Assembly: GCA_035221665.1 (NCBI GenBank)
Contig: CM069141.1
Location: 48,112,001 to 48,176,000 of the forward strand
Direction of reading: 5' to 3'
DNA: 64,000 nucleotides
Source: Okamejei kenojei
Taxonomy: Eukaryota
Under the pieces are notes generated by a model. That model did not search any database. It had not been told where the DNA came from and worked only from the letters and a program-made list of their open reading frames with translations. Of the stretch, positions 25,701-38,646 are shown one piece after another (position 1 is the stretch's first letter; each line of letters starts with the position of its first letter). A program made the position numbers and the translations under genes.

Positions 25701-26640
25701 CGTGCATGTAGCAGTGGCAAACCTGCCTGCCAGAATGCTGATCACCCTCCTGTTAAGGTGCAACCCGTCCTTTTTGTACGTTACCTTTCTCCAAAACAGA
25801 TCCCAGTGGTCTAAGAATGCAAATCCCTGCGTCCCGCACCAGGTCATCAGCCACACATTCAGATCCTCTGTTTCTTCACTCACCAGCACGAAGACCTGGA
25901 AGCAAATCGGAGATAACCACCCAGGAGGCCCTGCTTTTCAGTCTTCTTCCGAGTTCTCGGATGTCACGCTGCAGAATGTCGTTCCTCTTCCTCTCGACAT
26001 CATTTGTGCCGACATGCACTACCACTTCCCTTCACCCTTGACGATGCTTTGCAATCGGTCCGTGACGTCCTGGATCCTGGCACCAGGGAGGCAACACACC
26101 ATCCTTGACTCCCACCTGTTGCCACAGAAACCCCTGTCTGCACCTCTCACGATGGAGTCCCCGACTACCATGGCTCTGTCTGACCTCCGTCTCTTCGGTT
26201 TTGCCTCAGCGTCACATTTTGCCTGGAATTCCTGTCCCACGCACATAATGGCAGTGTCTTCTGTCCCGGCAGCTTCCAAGAGGGCGAACCTGTTTTCAAG
26301 AGGTAAATCCTCCGGGATCTCCTGTACTCCAAGCTTCCTTCCCTTCCCCATCGTCACCCACCTGCTCTCTTCGGGTTTCTTCGGTGTAACGATCTCGCTG
26401 TAGGTCCAGTCTAGGAAACTCTCGTTTTCCCGGATGATCCTGAGGTCATCAAGTTGCTTCTCCAGTTCTCAACACGGTCCTTCAGGAGCAGAACTTGGAC
26501 ACACTTTCCACAGTTTTAGCAGCCAGAGGCACCATCAGTGTTGCTGACCTCCCACATCCTGCAAGCCTCACACTGAATCAGCTTACCCGTCATATGCTCT
26601 CGCTGCTTCTGGCTGCTCCTTCTCTCCTACCTTCACGGTA
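22727..26640 (-). mobile_element. Near full-length degenerate CR1-clade LINE (ORF1 zinc-finger + SGNH esterase; ORF2 APE + RT)
   Basis: Minus strand: MTGKLIQCEACRMWE from 26593; VVGDSIVRG...CLPGARIQDV; VVMGNFN...LDLVL; QHGF..GKSCLTNLLEFFE..VYLDFQKAFD; W.LQFNVDKCEVIHFG; CR1-type 3' UTR at ~22730-22800. Confidence 0.92.
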
Positions 26641-28169
26641 AAAATGTCCGATGATGCCCGAAAATGTCCGATGAAAGATAGTCCAATGAGGCACATGGTA
26701 GCAGGGGACTGCTCTCTAGTTGTTGGTAGGGTGGTTTAGTTGCGAAATATTGGAATGACACATAGGATAGTAAATCAGATTACCTAACAACTGAACATGA
26801 CGTAGTTTACATTTTGGGGGTTATTTCCGGATACGGACAAGTGTTCTCCCCTAATGTTAATCAAAAAGGTTAAATTGAGATATTTACGGTTGTAACATTC
26901 TGTTGCATACTGTCAGCGACTGCTCTGCTTGAAATCAAACATTGAGTGGTATTTTGAGCGATATTTTGAAGGTTTGTCAATTTAAATAAAAATGTATAAT
27001 GTAGTGTAGCACATAAATAAACCCTTTGGCCCAACTCTTCCAATGCTCTAAACTAATCTAATTTGCCCGTGTTTGGCCCAGATCCCTCAAAACTGTTCCT
27101 ATACATTTATCCGATGTATTGATCCAATGTATTTTAAATGTTATTATAGGACCTGCCTCAACCAACTCCCCCGGCAACTCGTTCTATATACCCACCTCAA
27201 TTGAATCTTCAGCAATCATTGCTGACTGATTCAGCTCTGATAGAAAGACTTATAGAAAGAATGTCATTGATAAAGCAGCTGAAGATGGTTGGGCTCTAGA
27301 CACTGCCCCGAGGAACTTCTTCAGTGATGACCTGGGGCAGGGATCATTAACGCCAACAACACAACCACCCTTTCAACTTCTGAGTGCAAATGTGGACTTT
27401 CACGTTTCCGTTGTATCTCCCCCCTTCTCATGTGAATAATAATGGTTCATTATTCAACGTCACCCACTCCTTCTCTCCAGAGATGCTGCCTGTTCAGCTG
27501 AGTTACTCCAATATTTTGTGTCTATCTTCCATTTAAACCAGCATCTGCAGTTCTTTCCTACACAATAATGTTTGATTGTTCATTTTTGCGTCAGATATTT
27601 GCATCGCACTTACATCAGTTGTTTACACGTGACACACACAACATACACGCGCGAAGACAGAGACAAAATGTTGGAGTAACTGAGCAGGTCAAGCAGTAAC
27701 TCTGCAGAAAATGAGTAGATTAAGTTTTGGGTCCAGACCTTTCTTCAGTATGTACTCTAACTCGTGTTGTCCCTTCCGCCCAAGGTCCATTTAGTTTTTT
27801 TTTGTTTGTTTTATATCGGTCACTAGTCTCCCAATTCCTAGCACACTCTGTTCTCAAAGTCATTCCGTAATTAAATCATAAGAACTTGCCTCTGTTGTCG
27901 AGAATACAATAAAACTATAGTGGTGCTATTCATCAAGTTTAATTAAATAATGTGTTCAGATATATCAATAAAACATAGGAATGCGTATGATATATTTAGT
28001 TAAGTATGCGCATATTGTACAAGTGGGAAATATTACTATATATTTTCACTTTACAACATTCAACCTGGAATAAATTGGCAATTAATATTTCATATTTAAG
28101 AGGGTAAATATTTTTAGCTGCTCAGTTGTAAATGTTAATTTTAACTGCATGATCCGAGAAAACAGCGCT

Positions 28170-28320
28170 GCTTTAAGAAATGCCCATGGCAGAGATTGGT
28201 CGAACTTGAGGGATTCCGTTTGCCAATCAGAAGCTGTGATGTGACTGGAGATCTGGACTGCCCCCTTTCCTCCTCATCCACCATCACAGACATTCATACA
28301 GTGTGAATCTGAATGGCGGA
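28170..28320 (+). promoter_or_regulatory. Conserved promoter module of V5
   Basis: GCTTTAAG 28170, ATTGG 28195, CCAATCAG 28223, GATC 28250 followed by GACTGCCCCC, CCACCAT 28278. Confidence 0.8.
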
Positions 28321-28516
28321 CTGCGAAATGTTTCCTTGGTTCATTCGGCTACCAGGGAGTTTCGGAAAAAGAAGGTTTGTCGGACTCGCACGGCCCATTC
28401 TCTTATGTCTTTCAGCACCTCTTCATCAAGAAAATTATATATCAAGAACTTAATTTTCAGGACTGAAAGAGCGGCGCCGCAATGCGCTGAAGCAATTGGA
28501 ATGCTTTGTGCCGGCT

Positions 28517-30976
28517 ATGGGATATTATCGAGTATTTTGGAGGTTAAACTGGCAACTGTTCTATTGTGTTGTTTTCGACTGGGTTGCGGCTTCTGGACAG
28601 ATTCGCTATTCGATCCCTGAAGAGCTCCAACTCGGCGCCTTTGTTGGAAATATTGCAGACGATCTGGGGCTACGTACAAAGGAGCTCACGGCTCGCAATT
28701 TTCAGATTGTGCCCGGTTCCCGGAAACAGTATTTGGAGGTAAATTTAGACAATGGAATTATGTTTGTTAAACAAAGAATCGACAGGGAACAGCTGTGTGG
28801 AACAAGCCTAACATGCACATTTTCTTTGGAGGCTGTAGTAGAAAATCCCCTGACCGTGTATCGCATTGAAGTGGAGATTCAGGACGTAAACGACAATGTT
28901 CCCACTTTCCCGAACAGCCAGATACGCCTTAAAATTTCAGAGAATGCAGCGCCGGGAATGCGCTTTCCCTTGGAGGGGGCACGGGACTCGGACGTTGGAA
29001 CAAATTCCTTGCAGACCTACCAGCTGACTGCCAACGAATATTTCGCATTAGACATTGACTCACGCGGTGGGGACCGCAAGTTTCCAGTGCTAGTGCTGGA
29101 TCGATCTTTGGATAGAGAAAAGCAAGCGGCATACAAGTTGGGACTGCTAGCCAAAGACGGAGGGGTCCCTGCTAAGACGGGCATTGCTGAGATAATAATT
29201 ACAGTGCAGGACGAAAACGACAATGCACCTGGCTTTCCAAACTCCGTTTACAGAGTTAGTATCCTAGAAAATGTGCCCAAAGGAACACTGGTTATCAAAT
29301 TAAACGCCACGGATTTAGATTATGGTTCCAATGGCGACATATTGTACTCGGTCAGCAGTCAATCGTCTGTTAGAGTCCGTGAATCGTTTTATGTGGATTC
29401 CAAAACGGGGGAAATCAGAGTCAAGGGAAATCTGGACTATGAGGAAGAAAGTATATTTGAGATTAATATACAGGCACTGGACCAGGGTATTAATCCAAGT
29501 GCGGGATACTGTCACGTCGTGGTTAACATTATAGATGTCAATGACAACGCCCCTGAGGTGAAGTTAACCTCTTTGTTCAGCCCAGTCCGCGAGGACTCAC
29601 CACCCGGGACCGTTGTGGCTTTGATCGGTGTATCGGACGCTGACTCTGGAGATAATGGGCAGGTAGATTGTGAAATCGCAGCGAGACTGCCTTTCACGTT
29701 GGATTCGTCCCTGAGAAATTATTACAGGTTACTTACACATCAGCAGCTGGACCGAGAAAATACCTCTCGATATGACATTCCTATTATGTGCAGTGATTCT
29801 GGCTCTACCCCCCTCGTCTCCAGGAAAACCATTACAGTGGAAGTTTCGGATATAAATGACAATCCGCCGCATTTTACGCAGTCTACCTACACGGCTTACG
29901 TGATGGAGAATAACGTTATTGGGGCACCAATCATCACAGTCATGGCTGTTGATGCAGATTTGAGTCAGAACTCCCAATTATTTTACTCTGTTCTGGAAAG
30001 CCAAGCACTGGGCGAGTCTGCGTCCACTTATGTCAGGGTCAATCCTCAAAACGGCGACATATTTGCTCAGAGAACTTTCGACTACGAGCAACTGAAAAAC
30101 TTCCAGATCCAAGTCCAGGCCGAGGATTCTGGGGAGCCGCCACACACTGCCACCACATTCGTGGATGTAGTTATCCTTGACCAGAATGATAACGCTCCGG
30201 TGATCGTGCATCCAGACACAGAATACGGTTCAACAGCGACGGAGACAATATCCCGCTCTGCAGACACAGGCTACCTGGTCACCAGGATTACAGCCACTGA
30301 TGCTGACTCGGGTCAGAATGCACGACTCTCCTACCAGATTCTCCAGTCGACTCACCTGGGACTTTTCACTATCTCCCCCGATACAGGAGAAATCTGGACA
30401 ATCCGCAGCTTCGCAAGAAAAGATGCAAACAAGCAAACGCTGATTGTTGTTGTGAACGATAATGGGACCCCAACACTCTCTGCCACTATGACCCTCGTCT
30501 TGTCGGTGGCAGAAGACAACACAGAAATTCTTTCTCGTGTCAACAACTTAACTGAAGATGCTGGCGATATAAGCTTTTACTTGGTTATAGCTTTAGGCAT
30601 CATCTCTTCCACTTTCTTACTTATTTTGATTGGCCTTGCTATCACAGTGTACAAAAACAGAAATGGATTTGGGGGAGATACGTGTTCCCTGGATACATGC
30701 TGTTGCTTTTCAACGAGATCCTCGCTGAATAACTTCCAAAAGGGAAGGAGAAATATTCAGATACCGCCGAATTATGTGGAAGTTTTTGGAGGCGATCCTC
30801 TTTCTCAACGGTACCGCTACGGAACCTGTTCCACTTCCACTTCCAGCAAAGGAGATTTTTTGTACTCCAACGGGTGCAGTTCGTCTACCGCCAGGAATGA
30901 TGGCAGGGGCGAAATTGTGTGCAATAATGAACAGTCACAGTCATCGCATTCTAACAATTATAGCAACATTGGTGAG
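28517..30976 (+). CDS. Clustered protocadherin variable exon V5 (intact, 820 codons to donor)
   Basis: ATG at 28517 aligns with paralog starts (the ORF track begins at an upstream TTG). Six EC repeats, TM, PPNYVEV; donor GAG|GTGAGG at 30976/30977. Confidence 0.96.
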
Positions 30977-31744
30977 GTGAGGCGCTCGTAGCGTAATTGT
31001 ACTGGTCAACAAATATGCGTTGAAAATTACTTATGAGTGAGTTGGATTTCTAAACAAATATGCTTGTTAAATTAACTTCACCTGCTTGCTATTGCAATTA
31101 ATTGTTCGCATAATTGTGGGTTGTGGGTGACACCAGTTCGTTTCGCATGTAAGGTAATACTTCATTGCTATATGACAGATTGCAGAAGTTCAGCTATCGG
31201 TTAGACTCGAACTTACTGTCAGGTGCATTATTCATCTAGATTGAGCTGATGTATTAGCAAATGATTTTTAGCTATGATTAGTTTCGATTCCCTTTGGTAA
31301 CGATGCGGTGTCATCAAATCACGGGCACGGAAACGTGTTCCATGTTCTCATACTCACGTGATCCAAAAGGACGATTGCGATAGATCGTTGTATAACTTGA
31401 GGTGTGAAAAAGGGCTGTAATTTCGTATGGAGATGAACAAGTAGTTGACACAGTGGACTGAAGCAGACAAATATAGGGCGAATGTCATCCTTATTTGTCA
31501 TCAACATGTATGCTGATATCGATGTTAAGATAACAACATCAGAGCAGGCGACGTAATAAGAATATTCGGTTACTCCTACATGCCCCACCATTCAACAAGA
31601 TTGGTGTTCATTTTTCTCAGGGATAATTAAACGCACAAGTTTTGCATCCCTTAATTCCATTAAAACGAAAATATAATAATCTGCGAGTTTAATAAGGGAT
31701 ATTTAGATTCTAAAGTCTTTGATAGGAAGTGTATTTATGCCTTT

Positions 31745-32900
31745 ATTGATATTAGATGATGATTGTCTTGTACCGAGATACAATGAAAAACGGTGTTGAT
31801 GTGCTGTTCTGTCATATCATACTGCATAGGACTGCAATCACGCCATGCACGTATAGTAGGTAGTGCAAAGAGAAAATATAAGGGTGCCGAAAATAGCGTT
31901 AGAGCAATATAACATTAGTTACAAGGAAAGTGCAGACGTTTAAAACCTGCCAGGGCCCCAATGAGATAGGTTGGGAGATCGGAATTACTGTCCTGGCTCA
32001 TGGTAGGACCGCTGAGTAGTCTGATAACGACGGGAAAGAAACTGTTCCTGGATCTGATAGTGTGAGCTTTCTAGCTTCTGTACCTTCTGCATTGCGGGAG
32101 AAGGGAGAAGAAGGAATGTCCCGAGAATAAATGGTCATTCATTTTGTTGGCTGCTTTCCCGAGGCAGTGTGAAATATAGATGCAGTCGACATTATAGCTC
32201 AGTCATTTGATGACTGAGCTACATCCATTGCCCTTTGCAATCTCTTGCAGTCTTGGGCAGAACTGTTGCTCTACTAATTAGCGAGACAGGCCAATAGAAT
32301 GTGTTTTTTTATAGTGCATTTGTACAAATTGCTTACAGTCATTGGAGACATGCCAACTTTCTGAGGAAATAGAGGTGTTCGTGTGTTTTCTTGGACTTAG
32401 CTTAAATGTGGTTGGTCCAGGACAGATTGCTGGTGATATTTATGGCGAGGAACTTTGTGCTATCGACCATCTCCATTTGGGCAGCATTTGTGCTAACTGG
32501 GCCATGATCATTAACTAATTTCTTCAAGACAATACTAGTTCCTTCATGCTGCTCAAATTGAGGGAGAGATTGTTTACTTGAAACAAGGTTACCAAGCCCT
32601 CTATCTTCTTCCTGTACTCCGTCTAATCATTGTTCCAGATCCGACCCATTATGATGGTGTCAAGAGAAAACCTGTAATTGGATTTAGAGCACAATGTGGC
32701 CGTATAGTAGTTAATGTATAGGGTGTGGGATAAGGGGCTGTGAACATATCATTGCGCGACCCTCTATTGAACATTATAGTGCAGGATGATTTATCACCCG
32801 TCCTCACTGATTGGGGTCAAAGGGTCAGGAAGTCGAGGATCCATTGGCAGAGGGAGGAACTGACTCATAGATCCAGGCCTTTGGAAATGAGTTTGGTTCC
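31745..32900 (-). mobile_element. Degenerate 5'-truncated LINE, probably Rex1/Babar-like
   Basis: Minus strand shows decayed PQG..LSP and FADDTT-like RT motifs (~32640-32760). The 3' UTR resembles 22400-22725 and 45600-45875. Confidence 0.55.
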
Positions 32901-33749
32901 CATTAGAGCGAGATTATAATGGATATTAAAAATGAATTTGAAAGCAAGGATCTATACATTTAACATTACTTATGGAAATGAAATATATCATCGATAGCAA
33001 AGTTCCGTAAGAACATAATAACTGAATAAACAGATTATCAGTAAATGTTTAACTGTTCAAATGCCAAAAGGATGATAAGGTCTTCAGAATTAGTGAAGAA
33101 AACAACGCAGATGTTGTTTGAGAACGACCTTATTTGACAATTGAAATAAAAACATGAATACGTTCAACATCCATTTTCTCTTGGGACAATCGTGTGTGTG
33201 TTTCAACTATTCTCACGCCAGGCATAACCAACTCTCTTTATAATAGATCAATATCTGGAGGAGAGTTGTTTACGCATCGAATTATTTTGATATATGTAGG
33301 TTAGCTAAATGAAGGCTGGATGACGTTTCTGTAATGATATTTGCGTATATTACGTAACTTGGAATCAAGTTGGACAATGGGAAAGACAAGAGGGAAATAC
33401 TAATTAACCACCTCAATCTAAGAAGGGCTCATCTGCAATGAGCAGAATCAATGTCTGCATTTCTATGACATTCGCAATCCGTGAACCCAGGTTGCATCAG
33501 TAGATCTTTTAAGCTTGGGTAATTCTACTGGAGTGTAATACAAGCCATTCCAAGACACGGATATTGCCTCGTTCTTTAAGCCCAATGTAGATTCCGACCC
33601 AGCATCTAAATGCTAAAGCAAGCATTTCGTCCAGATATGGTCAGAATTGCTTGGTTCCAGTGAGATCATGCATGACGAACGATATTTTATTTAAATCCGC
33701 CTCACGACATCCAAAATGTATTGCATTAGCCTTGCAGACAAAATGCAGC

Positions 33750-33956
33750 AACGCAGAACTGCAGACGCTAGTTTATACCAAAGATAGCCAAAATATTGCT
33801 GAAGTAACTCAGCTGGTCGGGCAGAATCTCTGGAGAAAAGGCGTGGGTGACGTTTCGGGTCAGGAGAAGGGTCCGGACCCGAAACGTCACTCATTATTTT
33901 TCTCCAGAGATGCTGCCTGACCCGCTGGGTTACTTCAACACTTTGTGTCTATCTTT
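33750..33956. mobile_element. Foldback Penelope pseudo-LTR derivative
   Basis: Inverted arms around GGTGACGTTTCGGGTC / GGGTCCGGACCCGAAACGTCAC. Confidence 0.75.
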
Positions 33957-34158
33957 GGATTATCAAGGGACGTGATTCAAAACATAAAGTGGAGTTGAAT
34001 ATTTTCCTCTCAGTGCGTTTTCAGACTATACAAAGTATCCATATTTAAAGATTCACAGGGAAATGAAAGTAACCAAACCATTCAAAGTTAAGGACCATTT
34101 ATTTATTTTGATTGTACAATAATACATGTATGCAGCGTCGCTTTAACAGGACAACACA

Positions 34159-34300
34159 GCTTTAAGAAGCGAACATTGTTCTGATTGGTGCGCCGCCAAC
34201 AACCAATCAGCAGCTACTGTGTGACTGGAGATCTTGACTGCCCCCTTTTCCCTCCCACCATCACATACGAACAAGGAACAATGTAAATTGGACAGCGAGG
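34159..34300 (+). promoter_or_regulatory. Conserved promoter module of V6
   Basis: GCTTTAAG 34159, ATTGG 34184, CCAATCAG 34203, GATC 34230 followed by GACTGCCCCC, CCACCAT 34255. Confidence 0.8.
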
Positions 34301-34522
34301 CGTCTTGAGTTGCGGCAGTTTCCGCGGGTCCTTCTATTCCGGAATTTTACCACAAACTGGAAGGTCTGGTCAAACAATCGAGGCCATTTACTGAAAGGAA
34401 ACATATTCTTCTGCGAGAAAGCCTTTTCTTCTGAAGGTATACATATTATTTGTAATCACAGTGGGACAAAAACCGAAAGGCACCGTATCGCACGGAAGCC
34501 ATTGGAATGTTTAACACCGGCG

Positions 34523-36990
34523 ATGAGATGTTATAACCTATTTTGTTGCTTAAAATGGGAACTGTTGTATTACATGTTTATCGGCCTGGGAGATAATTTT
34601 CGCAGAGATTCATTACTCGATTCCTGAAGAATTACAAAGTGGCGCCGTTATTGGGAACATCGCGGACGATTTAGAGTTGGATGCTGAACAGCTCGCAGCT
34701 CGTAATTTTCGTTTGGTTTCAGGTCCAAAAAAGCGGTATTTGGAAGTAAATTTAAACAATGGGATTTTGTCTGTGAAGGAGAGGATTGACAGAGAAGAGC
34801 TGTGTGGCGCAAGCCTCACTTGCGTTCTGTCTTTGGAGGCCGTGCTTGAAAATCCTCTCAGTCTGTACCAAATCGAAGTGGACATTGTGGATATTAACGA
34901 CAACTCTCCCAGTTTTCCAAAAATCCAATTCCGCCTTGAAATCTCTGAGAATACTGCGCCGGGAGCGCGATTCATTCTCGACGCCGCTCACGATCTAGAT
35001 ATTGGAACTAACTCTGTTCAAACTTACCAACTCGTTACAAATGAGTACTTTGCATTAAATGTTGACTATGGAATCGCAGATTTGAAATTACCAGTTTTAG
35101 TGTTGGAAGAGCCTTTAGACAGGGAAAAGCATTCGACCCACAGATTACTGCTCTTAGCCAAAGATGGCGGAGTCCCAGAAAGGACAGGCTCCGCCCAAAT
35201 TAACGTCGTGGTAGAAGATGCCAACGATAATGCGCCGGTGTTCTCTCGGTCGGTTTACAAAGTCAATTTGTGGGAAAATGCGACAAAAGGGGCATTGGTA
35301 CTTCAAGTAAATGCCACTGATTTGGATGATGGCCCCAATGGAGAGATTGTGTACACTTTAAGTACCCATACCTCTGCCAGCGTCCGTGAGATTTTTAGCG
35401 TGGATTCTCGAACTGGTGAAGTAAAACTTAATGCCAATTTAGATTACGAAGAAAATAATGCTTTTGATATTATTATTCAAGCAAAGGATAAGGGATCTAA
35501 CGCCATCCTGGTGTACACTCATATTTTGCTGAATGTTTTAGATGTAAACGACAACGCGCCTGAGATAAGCTTGACTTCTTTGTCGAGCCCTGTTTCAGAG
35601 GATTCGTTACCTGGAACAGTGATAGCTCTCATAAGTGCGTCTGACAGAGATTCTGGCAAGAATGGGCAACTCCAGTGCCAAGTTGAAAACGAAGTGCCTT
35701 TCGCACTCGATTCATCGTCCAAGAAGCACTTAAAACTACTCACCCAGCAACCTCTAGATCGCGAATCCGCCTCCACACACAACGTAATAATCAGCTGTAG
35801 AGATGAAGGCAGTCCGCCTCTCGCCACGAACAAAAGCATCCGAATTGAGGTGTCGGACAGGAACGACAACGCACCCCAATTCTCGCAACCTTCCTTCACA
35901 GCCTACGTGACGGAGAATAGTAATATTGATGCCTCGATATTCTCAGTGATGGCTTTTGATCCAGACGAAGGTGAAAATGCTCGGCTGGCGTACAACATTC
36001 TGGACAGTTGGGTACAAGCTCAGTCGGTACATAATTATGTTTATATTAAAGCAGAGACTGGTGCAATATATTCCTACATATCATTTGACTATGAAAAGTT
36101 AAAACACTTTCAGATCCGTGTTCAGGCACATGACAATGGAGTCCCACAACTCTACCAGCAATGTCTCCGTAGATGTTATCATCCTTGACCAGAATGATAA
36201 CGCCCCGGTGATCGTTCATCCAATAATCGAGCATGGGCAACCTGCCACAGAGGCTGTATCCCGTTTTGCGGAAGCAGGCTATCCGGTGACCAAAGTTATG
36301 GCTACAGATGCTGACTCTGGTCCAAACGCTCGCCTCTGCTATCGGATCCTCCAAGCTACAGACATGGGACTATTTACTATTGCTGAGGAGACGGGGGAAA
36401 TATGGACAACCCGTGCTGTTACAACGACAGATGCTACCAAGCAAAGGCTGGTGGTCCAAGTCAACGACAACGGGATACCAGCTCTTTCAACTTCGATAAG
36501 TATAATCTTGTCATTCATAGATGACGAGGGATCACTAATGTCCGACAGGAACAGCATGTTGGAAAGGCCCAAATCTGATTCTGTTACCAGCTTCTACTTG
36601 GTCATTTCACTAGGAATAATTTCGACTATTTTTCTGGTAATTTTAATTATTCTAGCTGTTAAAGTTCACAATGGCAGAGATGCCTTTGAGTACCATGGCT
36701 GTCTTCTGGGCCCATGTGGTTGCTTCGGGTCAAGACATCCCCGCAACGGAATCCAGAAAGCCAGTCGCAACCTACGCATTCCTCCCAATTACGTTGAGGT
36801 ATTTGGGGGAGACCCGCTATCACAGAGTTACCGCTATGAAACTTGTTCCATGGCACGTTCAACAAAGGGAAACCTTTTGTTCCCCAACACCTGCAGTTCA
36901 TCAAATGGAAATGCCAAAACCATCGGTGAAGTTATTGCAAAGGGAGGAACCGTGTTGTTCAGTAATTGTGAGAATTATGTTCATTCTGAG
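34523..36990 (+). CDS. Clustered protocadherin variable exon V6, two apparent +1 frameshifts (pseudogene or assembly error)
   Basis: ATG 34523 (MRCYNLFCCLKWELL). Extra base at ~34578 (ATGTTTATCG) precedes AWEIIFAEIHYSIPEE; extra base at ~36153 (CTCTACCAGCAAT). Donor GAG|GTGAGA at 36990/36991. Confidence 0.85.
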
Positions 36991-37204
36991 GTGAGAACGC
37001 CTGTTTGGTAGGAAAAGTCGGCGTTAACTCGCATTAAGTTGGCATCAGGAAGATATGATTTCACTGTTTTTTTTTGTGCATATGATCCGGCACTGATCGG
37101 ATCACAAGGGTAGTATCCAACCACTAGTTTACGTTTAACTAATTGCTATTGCCATAATTTTATTCTGTAGAATTAAAACATAAAGTGGATCACACAATAA
37201 TATA

Positions 37205-37420
37205 ATAAGGAACTGCAGATGCTGGTTTATTCCAAGTATAGATACAAGATGCTGGAGTAACTCAACGGGTCAGGCAGCATCTCTGGAGAAAAAGGATAGA
37301 TGATATTTTGGGCCGAGATATGTCTGAAGAAGGGTCCCAACCCGAAACTCAAGACAACTGAAGTCTAGAGTACGGTCCCGACCCAAAGCGCCACATATCC
37401 GTGTTATCCAGAGACGCTAC
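37205..37420. mobile_element. Penelope pseudo-LTR derivative
   Basis: GGAACTGCAGATGCTGG...GCTGGAGTAACTCAACGGGTCAGGCAGCATCTCTGGAG, then CTGAAGAAGGGTCCCAACCCGAAAC. Confidence 0.75.
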
Positions 37421-38276
37421 CGAAGCCATGCAGGGGCGTGGCAAAGTTTATTACCGAAATTATTTTTGATTTAGATTTCTAATCACGAATTGACAGAGTA
37501 GGTTTGGCACAGAAATAGGTCCTCCTGTCCATTATTTTGGTATGATAGCAAAAGACCTAGCCAGGTCATTCATGCCTTACAATAGTTAATCTATTGCCTT
37601 GCAGTTAAGGTTATTGAAGAAAATACTCAGGCACATTTTAAATATATTGAGGTGCTTTTGACACTAACAATGAACTAACTGTACCTGCCAACCCAATCAT
37701 GAAAAAAAATCAAAATATATCTTTCAATCTTTCTACTAATTGCCTGCAATCTATTTCCGTTGGTTCCACAGTCGTCTGTCGATAAAATGGTAATTAATCC
37801 CATGGGTTATGGTGTTCAATATTCTTGTCATTGGTCCTTTCAGAGTGTACAACCTCTTGTGTGGGACACCATCGTCGTTGCAAACGCTGGTTTCAACCTG
37901 ATGGACTACATTCTGAGGTTATCCATGCACTCCTGCCTGAAAATATGCCAATTCATTTAAAAACGTTTTTCACATTTAGTCATCCGAAATTCACACAGTG
38001 TACCATTGCCAATTTTATTCTGTGGTCATATTCAAGTTTTTTAACCTCATTAACTGTTAACTCTCGAAAATGACAAGTAAGCTTACTTTTGGTGATTTAT
38101 TCAGTGAAGTAGAACATCTGGCCATTATCAAATTATAGAGCAGCTAAGTGTCAAACCACTTTAGAATTTAACATCGTTTAAGGAATACAAAAATAATGAA
38201 AGAAAATAGTAGTTAGATTTTATATCGTACTGCCTTAAATATAGTTACTTGCGCCAAACTTTAGAAATGCAGTCCA

Positions 38277-38430
38277 GCTTTAAGAAATGTGGAGTGCAGA
38301 GATAGGTTGAAGTTAAGTCAGCCTTTTCCACCAATGAGAGGCTGTTATGTGCCCGGAGATCCTTGCTGCCCAACCCTCCCCTTCCGCCATTATATCCGTC
38401 TGGATACCGTGTAACATGGATAGAGCTGTG
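38277..38430 (+). promoter_or_regulatory. Conserved promoter module of V7
   Basis: GCTTTAAG 38277, ATAGG (variant) 38302, CCAATGAG 38331, GATC 38358 followed by CTGCCC, CCGCCAT 38384. Confidence 0.78.
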
Positions 38431-38646
38431 CTTGCTTACGTTCGGTTCCTTACATTCATCTACTGGCGAAATTATAAGAAATAAGAAGGTTTGTCAGAAA
38501 TTGTTACGCAGAATTTTTTAACAGCGGCTGTATTTTTTTTTCTCGTGCAATTCAGTGAAAATGGAATAACTAATCACTCTTTTTAGCTGGAATTGTTCAA
38601 CGTCGCCGCGTTGTTCTCAAAACATTTGAAATGCTTTGTTCTGGAA

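Noticed and set aside
28256-28272. GACTGCCCCCT as a reverse CTCF site (AGGGGGCAGT)
   Set aside because: Only the 3' half of the CTCF consensus matches. The CCASY half is absent, several paralogs deviate, and the orientation is opposite to the mammalian CSE. A matrix scan would be needed to exclude weak binding.
28496-28516. TTG/GTG-initiated N-terminal extensions given by the ORF track for V5 and V7-V10
   Set aside because: V2-V4 have an in-frame TGA at the equivalent position, and the aligned ATG gives a normal signal peptide.
35155-35175. Exonic CTCF-like site at the AKDGG codons (GCCAAAGATGGCGG), analogous to the Pcdh-alpha exonic site
   Set aside because: The match is partial and synonymous positions vary freely among paralogs, so protein constraint explains it.
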